20,000 nucleotides of DNA, from contig JBOZIK010000001.1 of the NCBI GenBank assembly GCA_051453625.1, positions 4,365,633 through 4,385,632 on the forward strand, given 5' to 3'. A model generated the notes under the pieces. It searched no databases and was not told the origin of the DNA. It saw only the letters and a program-made list of their open reading frames with translations. Below are positions 11,373 to 20,000 of the stretch, one piece after another. Both the position numbers and the translations under genes were made by a program. This DNA comes from Welwitschia mirabilis. Its lineage: Eukaryota. Numbering within the stretch: position 1 is the first letter of the stretch; each line of letters starts with the position of its first letter.

Positions 11373-11429
11373 ATATGAATTGTCTTTTCCATCTTATGGA
11401 AGTTTCTAAAACATTTTAAAATAGATAGC

Positions 11430-12480
11430 TATTTACTAAAAATTTCTAAATTATGTCCATTCACAATGTAGGTTTCATTAGAATGGAAAGAATCTATTTG
11501 AACAGCACCATTATTGTAAATCTTTACCACTCTAAAAAGTTTTGATCCTTTGTTAGCAAATCTTTGATATAATAATTTTATTTAGGATTAAACATAATAA
11601 CTATTTATCCCATTTTAAACTATTTAGATTTGATTTTCTTAGCATGGTAAGCCTTTGTTTTCTCTTGAGTTTTGTCTTTTGGTAATGATGCTAGCTTCCT
11701 TTTCTTATCTAATAGATTTAAATTTTATGACTAGCTTTTTATATCTTTATCTAGTCAACATTTTAAATTTTTTTATTAACATATATGATTTAATCTTTAA
11801 TTATATGGTTAAAAGTAATGATTTATCATAAACTAAGCCATATGAAGGATATTATGTTACTCTTTCCCATGTTATTCTATGAACCCAAAGAGATTCATCT
11901 TATTTTTTATTCAATTTTTTCCTTTTATTAATGGGCTTTTTTAACAAGATTATTTCAAGTTCCCTATTAGTATTTCTTGCTTATTCATTAACCTATAAAT
12001 GGTAGGTCATGGCTAAATGATAAGAAATCCAAATCTACTAAAGAGATTTTCAAATAATTAACCTATTAAATAAGTTCTTAAATGAGAAATTAAGGTGATG
12101 AGGGCTCCATATCTAGTGATAATTTTTAATGGAAACATTTAGTAGGTATTTTGGTAACATAATTGACAACTACTTTTTCCTCCATCCATTTAGCTAAGTA
12201 TTTAACATTAATAATTATATATTTCTTCCCATGAAACTTAGGGCTAATTTCCCTAAGAAAATCAATACCCCAAATTTCAAAATGTCTCATAGATTATATC
12301 TAAGTTTGAGGTACTTCCAGTGATCTAGTAAGAGATGTAGATTTTTAACACTAGTTACAGCTCTTGATAAAATCATAGTAATATTTATAAAATATGTGGC
12401 TAATAATAACTAGTTTGTATGATTCTTATTACAATTCTTTTATCATAATAATGTTCATCAAGTTTATCTTCTAAACTCTT
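11430..12480 (-). pseudogene. Element B integrase (decayed)
   Basis: FEIWGIDFLG (cf. FDVWGIDFMG), IITRYGALIT, HLAMTYHL*VNE*ARNTNRELEIIL (cf. YHPQTSGQVEVSNREIK), DESLWVHRIT...YGLVYDK, QEKTKAYHAKKIK, and FRVVKIYNNGAVQI...YIVNGHNLE (cf. FKVNGQRLK). Confidence 0.92.
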
Positions 12481-13132
12481 CTAAGAATCTCATTTTGCTA
12501 GTTTTCTTCACCACATTTTCTTGCAACACTATGTATTTTTATTTTATATAAACTCCCATTTTTCAATAAATAATTTTTATTTTTCTTTTCATAGTATAAC
12601 AAATATTTAAAAATCATGTTTACACCTAAGCAATTCACAATATTTGGAAACCAAGGTCTTTCTTTAATTTCAAATTGATCTTCACATGGAATTTGTTCCT
12701 TAATTTGTAACCCTTTCTCATCATCCTTAAACTTTAAACATGATACATGATCTACAATAAAAATTTTTATCTCCTTCCTATCTATTATGGTAAGATCAAA
12801 TTTGTACATTAGTAACATTCACCTTATGATTTAGGAATGCATTTCTTTTTTATCATGTGAATATCTTATTATATAATGATTTATATGAAACTCTATTTGA
12901 TAACCTAAGATATAATATTTAACTTTCTCTAAAGGAAAAACAATAACTAATATTTTAAAACTCTAACTTTAACAAGTGATAGCGTAAGGTTATTGAGTTT
13001 CATCCTTCCATCCGTAGACATCTCCCATTTCTACATTATAGGCACTAGTCAAAATATGAAAAATGTCATCCAAGTTAGATCCTCAAAGTATAAGTGATTG
13101 TATTAGTTTATATTCTACTTATTTAAATTTCT

Positions 13133-13320
13133 TTTGATAATAACCTATCCATTTGTATCCCACATCTTTCCAAAATATTTTACTTAAAGGAGTAATCATC
13201 TTATAAAACTTTGTAATATATCATCTTACAAAACTTTGATAATGATCTATCAATTTGTATCCCACATCTTTCCAAAGTAGTTTACTTAAAGGAGTAGTCA
13301 TTTTACAAAACTTTGTAATA
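13133..13320 (+). repeat. Local duplication with a 102 bp period inside B pol
   Basis: TTTGATAAT..ATTTGTATCCCACATCTTTCCAAA..TTTACTTAAAGGAGTA..AAAACTTTGTAATA occurs at 13133 and again at 13235. Confidence 0.9.
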
Positions 13321-13328
13321 AACCTCCC

Positions 13329-13400
13329 ACAGCAGTTTACATGCTCTAAGAATCATCTTAACTCATAGCAGTTTACATGCTCTAAGCATCATCTTAACTC
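13329..13400 (+). repeat. 36 bp tandem duplication inside B pol
   Basis: ACAGCAGTTTACATGCTCTAAGAATCATCTTAACTC followed by ATAGCAGTTTACATGCTCTAAGCATCATCTTAACTC (2 mismatches). Confidence 0.95.
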
Positions 13401-14449
13401 TTTTATTTTAGTTTGATATTCTAGACCTTGAAGTTATTAACTTTATTTTTTTAAGTTTTAAACCTTATGATCCAAAACTATTCCTTCTTCTAGCATTAAA
13501 TAGCTTTTTAACTAACTTAATTTAAGGGTTTTTTTTGTCTTTACATCTTTTTAAAACTTTTTTTAATCTATTTAATATAGAATCAAAATATTTCCCAAAG
13601 GTTAAGAAGTTATTCCTTGAAAACTTCTATACATGTATATAAAGTGTCTTGGAATGGGTAGTAGACTAAGCTTTAGAAAGTAGTAGGAGTATTACATAAT
13701 CTAATGGGTAAAACTCTATAACCAAAGGTTCCCTAATGATATGTAAAGCTATTCTTTTCATTATCATTAAGAGTAATAAAAATTTGATTATATTGATTAT
13801 AATAATCTCTAAAACTATTATATCATTATCCTCCTATCTTATCCAAACTTGATCTAAAATAATAAAGGAACATGATCCTTATAGGTAGCATCCTGTGATT
13901 AATGTAGACTCTTCATTTTCCTCCTTTTTTTGAGACAACTATGATAGGACTTACTAAATTATAATAATAAATAAGATAAATAAATATAGCTTTTATAAAC
14001 TTTCCTATTTCATCCTTTATAATTTCCTTAGTCTTTCTTTTACATTGTTGTATAGGTTTGACAAAAACTTGTAAATAAATTTTATGTTAAAAAACATTAG
14101 CAAGGATTCTTTCTTTGTCTAAATGAGTTCTAGAAAAATATTTAACATGTCATTCCAATATCTTTTTTAGTTTTCTCTTCTAATAATATATGAGATTAGT
14201 ATTAATCACTAAGGTTTATCAAGTTCTATCTAAAAATTTTTAAGTCATAGTTTTAGTGGTAGTTTTTCAACTTTCATGTCAAGCAATTATCAAGATAATA
14301 TTTTTCATGTTCCTTAATTGTTTTAAAATGATTTTAAATTTTACCCTCAATGTTTTTGAAATTTTTCATACTTTAAACTTCTGTACATTTTTCAGTTATT
14401 TGGATGTGTTTCTCTAAACTTCTACCATCCCTTTTGCAACATACAAAGC

Positions 14450-14720
14450 TAGATATTTTTCATATTCCTTAATTATTATGTTTCTAAGGTAAGTAAATTT
14501 TTAAAATTTATTACTATATTTATTTCTATCCATTCTTCTTTCATGATATTTATCAACTAAACATATACTTCTATTAGAAGATTCCAATTCTACATTTCCT
14601 AATTTCTCATATGTTGCATATGATATAACATTAATTCTTGCTCTTGTATCTTATAAAGCTCAAGATAACTTATTACTAATCTTATTTTTCATAATTAAAG
14701 TTCTTGGATCCTTATACCTA
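14450..14720 (-). pseudogene. Element B aspartic protease (decayed)
   Basis: DPRT (cf. DPGSF) at ~14705, then AL*DTRARIN (cf. ALCDLGASIN) at ~14630-14660. Confidence 0.8.
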
Positions 14721-15399
14721 ATTCTTTTAACTTCTCTTAGTGTAGTTATAAATACTCATGATAATTGTTTATGTGAATTTCCTTTAATAACTTGGTGTTT
14801 TTCTTTCTTCCTAGTTTTCCTTCTTGGTTTATCAAATAAATCCTTTATAGCCTTTAAATAACTAGGTACTTATTTTAACAGATCTACTAGATGCATAATT
14901 ATAAATGTCTCATGTAATTTTTCTACGAAGTTTGCTAGAGACCTTATTTATTTTTTAATTCCAATTATTATCCCATTTATTAGCCACCTCTTTAGATATG
15001 AAAACTTAACTACATTATTATTTAAAATTCTTATAAAGTAAGGTAATAATATTAAGTGTTATGAGTCTCATTTTTATTTCTAATCTTTCTTCTTCTTGGT
15101 TCTTAGTCTTTTATAATTCATTTACTTAATTTAGTTTTAATGATATTCAAGTTTTCTTGAATACTTTTGAGATTGGGTTTATATTGACCTATCAACACTC
15201 TCTACTGCTTCTTATTTTTTTCTTTCTTAGGTTTTAATCTCATGCCACTTTATTTTCATCATTTAATTTATTTTTTCAATTTTATAGTAGTTATTCATTT
15301 TTTGTTAATTTCTTTGCACATAATTACAAAGGGATCTATCCTCTTTGTCCAACTTCTTTACTTGCAAGGATAGGAAGTCTTTGATTTAAATGTCTTTTA

Positions 15400-16500
15400 T
15401 CCGTTTTTATTGATAACTATGGTATCTACTTAGTTAACATGTAATCATTCTATGAAAGTATTATACCCTATAAAATATGCAAGATCATGACCTCCCTAAG
15501 TATAATGTTTTATAAGTTATTTTCTTCTTTAGTTAAAGCTAAAACCTATTCCAATTTATTACTTACTTTCTCAACAATTTTATTAGTAATTATTCCTTCA
15601 ATATTATGAATTCTTTCTTTTCTTCTATCTTTATCTTATTTTTTATTTTTCAATTCCTACTCCATCTTATAAAGTTCTACTAATGTTTTTCTTAAAACTT
15701 TAAGATTATAATTTTTAATTCTTCCCCTACATAATAAGTTTAGTTTTCCCAAAGTTTTAGTATTAACTCCTCTTAAAAATGCTCTAATTCTTTCTATTAT
15801 ATTAATTCCATGCTTAGGAAATAATCCTAATAAGTTTTAATCTCTATTATATAATTCATTAAAGTTTTCTTAAGGTCCTTATTTGATGTCCATAATCTAA
15901 TCGCTAACATAATCTGTTAAACCTATTGATTATTACTTATTTAGGAACTTATTTTTGAATTCTATCTAGATACATACTTAGAAGTAATTGAAAATATCAA
16001 ATCATTACATTCCCTTTTCAATGGACTAGAGAAATAATTTAATTTTTTTGACATCAATATTTGAATACTTTTCCATAGAGCATGAGTTAAATAGATTGAA
16101 ATGTAAAANNNNNNNNNNNTTCTTTTCATCTTCAAATGTTGGAATTTATGTTATGTTGATATTTCTGATTTTATCAAATGTATCAAGAGTTGTTTTATCC
16201 AAAGGACTAAACTCTATGAGTTTAAAGAAGTAATCCACAAGATCATCTTCTTATAAAGAATTTATAGTAACTTTAGTAACTCTATTCATTTTAGGGATTC
16301 CAGTGTTTTAAAACTTGGAAAATTGAGTAAAGAAATATTCAAACTTTTTCTCCATTTAATCTTCTTGTAAAGCCATTCTAGATTTAGCTTCATAGTAAAT
16401 TATGTATTCCAGTTATTCTACATCCACATTCAAATATTCTTCATTAACAAAAGTAACAACTAAAGCGTCTTTAGTATTAAATTCATCATAATCTTATGGA
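15400..16500 (-). pseudogene. Element B gag (decayed) with long N-terminal region
   Basis: One frame over ~16490-16120 has isolated TAA stops and ends ...IRNINIT*IPTFEDEK (cf. LPTFSG). It lies between the PBS and the protease. An 11 N gap falls at 16109-16119. Confidence 0.65.
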
Positions 16501-16632
16501 GTCTCACAAGATCATCTAAGATGAAGTCTTCATCTCCAATTTCTATTTTTCCTAGAAATTATAGTTGGAATTTTGTATTTCCTACTTTGTTAATCTAATG
16601 CTAATTACTTCTACTTACATATTTTAGTACTC

Positions 16633-16650
16633 TTCCCAACAAGGCTACTA
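16633..16650 (-). promoter_or_regulatory. Element B primer-binding site (degenerate, tRNA-Asp type)
   Basis: Minus strand TAGTAGCCTTGTTGGGAA versus TGGCGCCGTTGCCGGGGA: 10/18 identical, differences mostly transitions. Confidence 0.65.
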
Positions 16651-16653
16651 AAA

Positions 16654-17145
16654 TAATAGCATGATTCATGGAATTGTAGTTTAATTAGTTTTATTATCTA
16701 AATCATCCTTACTATCATTTATACATTATTTTTTCATTTCTTAGGGTTTTAAATGCAAAGTGTAGTAAAATAATACTATTTACAACTATACATACAAGAA
16801 AGAAATTATAGGATCTAAAACTAGATAACAAATTAAAAAAATGCCAGTCTTAAGTTAATCTTTTCAAGTTGATTTATCACTTCAATAATGTATCAACTCC
16901 ACTTTTAGTGTGAGAAATATATTTCTAACCTAAGAAGGTAAATTAAATTTATACCTAATTAACTCAAATGTTATTTAAAAAAAGGCAAGGAAAGAAATGA
17001 AACATTAGATTAGGTTAACTAATGTATCATTCCTTTATTAGAATGTCAAGAAAATATTTCACCTGTATAGGCAAGATTATCTACACAATGATGAAAAAGA
17101 TTGTATAAAGATGATTGTTAGTAAATGTTCTAAACTCAAGTTAAC
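16654..17145 (-). repeat. 3' portion of element B 5' LTR, interrupted by element C
   Basis: Non-coding sequence adjacent to the PBS. The minus-strand end TATTA is compatible with a decayed TATCA. The segment stops where element C's LTR starts. Confidence 0.55.
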
Positions 17146-18805
17146 TATTATGATGCCAAATTGTATGTTTTCATGGGATATTTTGAGTAGTTTTGTGGTA
17201 CATTTATATTAGTTCAAGCAAAAAATAATGATTATTAAGAAACAAGGAGAAAGTCATGGACATATGCATATACCAACACATTTGAAGGCATTTTGGATAA
17301 ATTTTAATACTTTACATTTTAAGGAGGTACTAATGATCTATAAAGCCAAATTCACTTGATGAAAGAGCTTTGAAAAGCCTATTGTTCCTCCATTGTCTAG
17401 ATGATAGCACAAGACGATAACACTTGTAAGCTAGTGAGGACATTAACTAAACCAAGATGCATGTTGATGTATACCTTTGTTGATGTGGCATCATCTCCTA
17501 CATCATTCAGATGACCATCAGGATGACACCTAAAATTAGTCAATGTATTAAACTTTACCTAACTTATGCAATGTGTTATGTGCTCTTTATGCACCATTAT
17601 GGTTTTTAATGCATCTGTTAAATTTTCTACTATTAGAGTTTACAGTTGTAAATANNNNNNNNNNNNNNNNNNNNNNNNNNNNNNNNNNNNNNNNNNNNNN
17701 NNNNNNNNNNNNNNNNNNNNNNNNNNNNNNNNNNNNNNNNNNNNNNNNNNNNNNNNNNNNNNNNNNNNNNNNNNNNNNNNNNNNNNNNNNNNNNNNNNNN
17801 NNNNNNNNNNNNNNNNNNNNNNNNNNNNNNNNNNNNNNNNNNNNNNNNNNNNNNNNNNNNNNNNNNNNNNNNNNNNNNNNNNNNNNNNNNNNNNNNNNNN
17901 NNNNNNNNNNNNNNNNNNNNNNNNNNNNNNNNNNNNNNNNNNNNNNNNNNNNNNNNNNNNNNNNNNNNNNNNNNNNNNNNNNNNNNNNNNNNNNNNNNNN
18001 NNNNNNNNNNNNNNNNNNNNNNNNNNNNNNNNNNNNNNNNNNNNNNNNNNNNNNNNNNNNNNNNNNNNNNNNNNNNNNNNNNNNNNNNNNNNNNNNNNNN
18101 NNNNNNNNNNNNNNNNNNNNNNNNNNNNNNNNNNNNNNNNNNNNNNNNNNNNNNNNNNNNNNNNNNNNATCTTTCTTGGTGTTAGTTTGTGTCACCTTTA
18201 TTAAGATGCTACTACTTTATAATAAGATGTTGGTTTAACTTTTAATGGAAATATTCTTTTAGTTTTATCCATGTGCATGTCCCTTATGGTTTATGTTACT
18301 TATGATTTTGTGAAATCTTCATTTATGATATAGGTCATCAAGGACAATCTTTGTCAAGGTTGAATTCATTAGTTTAGAAGCTTACATAGCATTTTACATT
18401 TACTAGATTAATCATTGAATCTTTTTCATATTCTATTCGACATACTTGATAGACTAGGTTGATTAGGGTTAGTGATAACTTCCTTTATTGATTAATGTTA
18501 TACAGGATCGATCTTAGTAATAGAGATTTGATAATCAAATATATATTGCATTTAGAGTAATCTGCATTTTGTATTACATTAGTGTGTTGATTTTTTTACA
18601 TTATGATTTTTATTTTGGACTATAAAATAAAAATATAAAAATACATTACTTACATCAATTCTCTAACTTCACACCTAGTGCCTTCGACAGATTATAACAT
18701 TTATGTTGACTCTCATCTATATTAGTTTGTTTTGTTTATGCATATAGTTGTAATTGATAAGATTTGATAAAGGACATAACATTATCGTAGATACACACTA
18801 CAACA
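17146..18805 (+). repeat. Element C 5' LTR (contains a 514 N gap at 17655-18168)
   Basis: Termini TATTA (decayed TGTTG) and CAACA. It carries the same CATCAT..GATGAC motifs as A's LTRs (17391, 17501). Confidence 0.75.
17655..18168. other. Assembly gap / masked run (514 N)
   Basis: Run of N. Confidence 1.
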
Positions 18806-18808
18806 TCT

Positions 18809-18826
18809 TAATGCCATTGTTGGGGA
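18809..18826 (+). promoter_or_regulatory. Element C primer-binding site, tRNA-Asp type (Athila lineage)
   Basis: TAATGCCATTGTTGGGGA versus TGGCGCCGTTGCCGGGGA: 12/18 identical and all 6 differences are G>A or C>T. It begins 3 bp after the LTR end. Confidence 0.85.
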
Positions 18827-19546
18827 AGGCTGCAAGGAGGTCGAGGACTGTCATTACCCAGATAAGTGCTTTAGATTTCGATTAAGGTATTTGTTTATGG
18901 TAGAATTGTATTTTTACTATAAATATCATATTTTTTATTTCTACATTTTTCATGTTTTTTAATTTTTTATTCCACATTTTTGGAGCCTGTCGTCCTATCT
19001 GTCGTTAGGTGACACAATTAGATGATGGCCTAAGATTAGGGTTTTTTTGAGATTTTCTAAAATTTTTGTTTTTGATTTTCCATCATAGAATAAATTGATA
19101 TCATCTCCTTTATCATCCAAACAATACAAGTGGACGACTGTCAATTTTGATTTTGAATTTGTTTCTTTTTTTCTTCTATTCTTTGTTTTATGTTTTCTAT
19201 TTTCTGTGTAGTCGTCATTTAAGTAATCGTCCAAATGATAAAAAAAGATGATATTGTAGAGACATCATTGAGCATGTAGGGATATGATACACATGGGTGA
19301 AAAGATGAAGTATCAGAGGGAGTGGATCCTGATCAAGAAAAAATATTAGCAAAAGTTTGGTGGCTATGGGATTAACCCCACCCATGTACATAAATAATTT
19401 CAAGAGTTGAACAAAACCTTTTCAGCTTTCATTACTTCAAAATTTAATTTTTCAAAAGAAAGCAATAGTGTCAAAGTAAATCATTTTCATATATATTGAA
19501 TACAATAAAAAAGCAAAAATAAGTAGCGTTAACTAACACTCCAATC

Positions 19547-20000
19547 ATGAAAGGAACTTCTAATGTAAATTCTAATGTTCTACTTAGAAATTTAATTGCC
19601 AATATAAAATGTAAAATCCAAAACCCTTTTAACTTATCTCCTTGTGATGATGTAGAATCAAAGAATCTAAATGCTTATCCAACATTTTCAGGAGAACCTA
19701 ATGAAGATCCTTTTCAACATCTCACTAATATAGAACAATTAGTGCTTACTTTAGGAAATGGAAAAAATGAATTAGTAATAGAACTTGCATGATTATCTTT
19801 CCTATCATAGTTAGATATAGAGCGAAACTTTGACTTAAAACCATACCTTCTAAAAGTCTTAAAACTTGGAGTCAAGTATAAGAAGCTTTTATCAAAAGAT
19901 TTATGAGTGAGAGCATAATGAGAAAAAGAAAAAGAAAAAGTCACAACTTTCAATAATGACTTAATCAGGATTATGCCATAACATATGAATGGTTTATCAT
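19547..20000 (+). pseudogene. Element C gag N-terminus (decayed)
   Basis: LNAYPTFSGEPNEDPFQHLTNIEQLV (cf. LPxFxGxxxEDPxxHL), then after a stop and frameshift PSKSLKTWSQV*EAFIKRFM (Retrotrans_gag-type SIxTWxxLxxAFxxRF). Confidence 0.88.

Larger units (their letters stand above)
12481..13990 (-). pseudogene. Element B RT and RNase H (decayed; includes track ORF 12498-12818)
   Basis: DATYKDH (cf. NATRKDH), LCNTPT (cf. GLCNAPAT), IEVF with a decayed FMDD, LR*FLEHV (cf. IRSFLGHA), LLMYKFDLTIIDRKEIKIFIVDHVSCL (cf. LLLQEFDLEIKDKKGSENVVADHLSRL) and PWFPNIVNCL (cf. PWYADIVNYL). Confidence 0.9.
11373..17145 (-). mobile_element. Element B: degenerate, formerly autonomous Athila-like Ty3/Gypsy retrotransposon (partial 5' LTR, PBS, gag-pol)
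   Basis: The minus strand shows the domain order gag-AP-RT-RH-IN with Athila-like motifs, a PBS at 16633-16650 and LTR-like sequence beyond it. The 3' extent is uncertain because of the gap. Confidence 0.9.
17146..20000 (+). mobile_element. Element C: Athila-like Gypsy element (5' LTR, PBS, leader, gag start), runs out of the window
   Basis: The LTR start TATTATGATGCCAAATTG aligns with A's TGTTGCAAGGCCAAATTG. The LTR end CAACA is at 18805, followed by a clear PBS and gag motifs downstream. Confidence 0.85.

Noticed and set aside
10939..11409. 156 aa and 142 aa ORFs in the track
   Set aside because: Artefacts of translating through the N gap.
16048..16233. 61 aa plus-strand ORF
   Set aside because: Antisense to B's gag and spans an N gap.
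17566..18238. Three ~200 aa ORFs in the track
   Set aside because: Artefacts of translating through the N gap inside element C's LTR.
18995..19953. Minus-strand ORFs 18995-19234, 19215-19403 and 19714-19953
   Set aside because: Antisense to element C's leader and gag, low complexity, no motif.

Overview
Very AT-rich, strongly CpG-depleted eukaryotic (plant-type) repeat DNA with three N gaps. I found no intact protein-coding gene, RNA gene, CRISPR array or prokaryotic system. The window is a nest of decayed LTR retrotransposons. (1) A Ty1/Copia pol remnant (integrase, then RT) at 1-~1212 (+). (2) Element A at 3550-9826 (+) is a non-autonomous Athila-like Ty3/Gypsy element with two ~1.45 kb LTRs, a mutated TSD (TGGTG/TAATA), a degraded acidic ORF and an integrase GPY/F remnant, but no recognisable gag, protease, RT or RNase H. 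(3) Element B is an Athila-like gag-AP-RT-RH-IN pseudogene on the minus strand (~11430-16500) with a PBS and a partial 5' LTR; a candidate PPT/3' LTR boundary lies at 2152. (4) Element C (17146->20000, +) is inserted into B's 5' LTR. The most interesting points are an unidentified ORF that is rejoined in frame when element A is removed, the unusual ORF inside A, and decayed palindromic and decamer arrays in the LTRs. All translations and alignments were done by eye, so internal boundaries are approximate.
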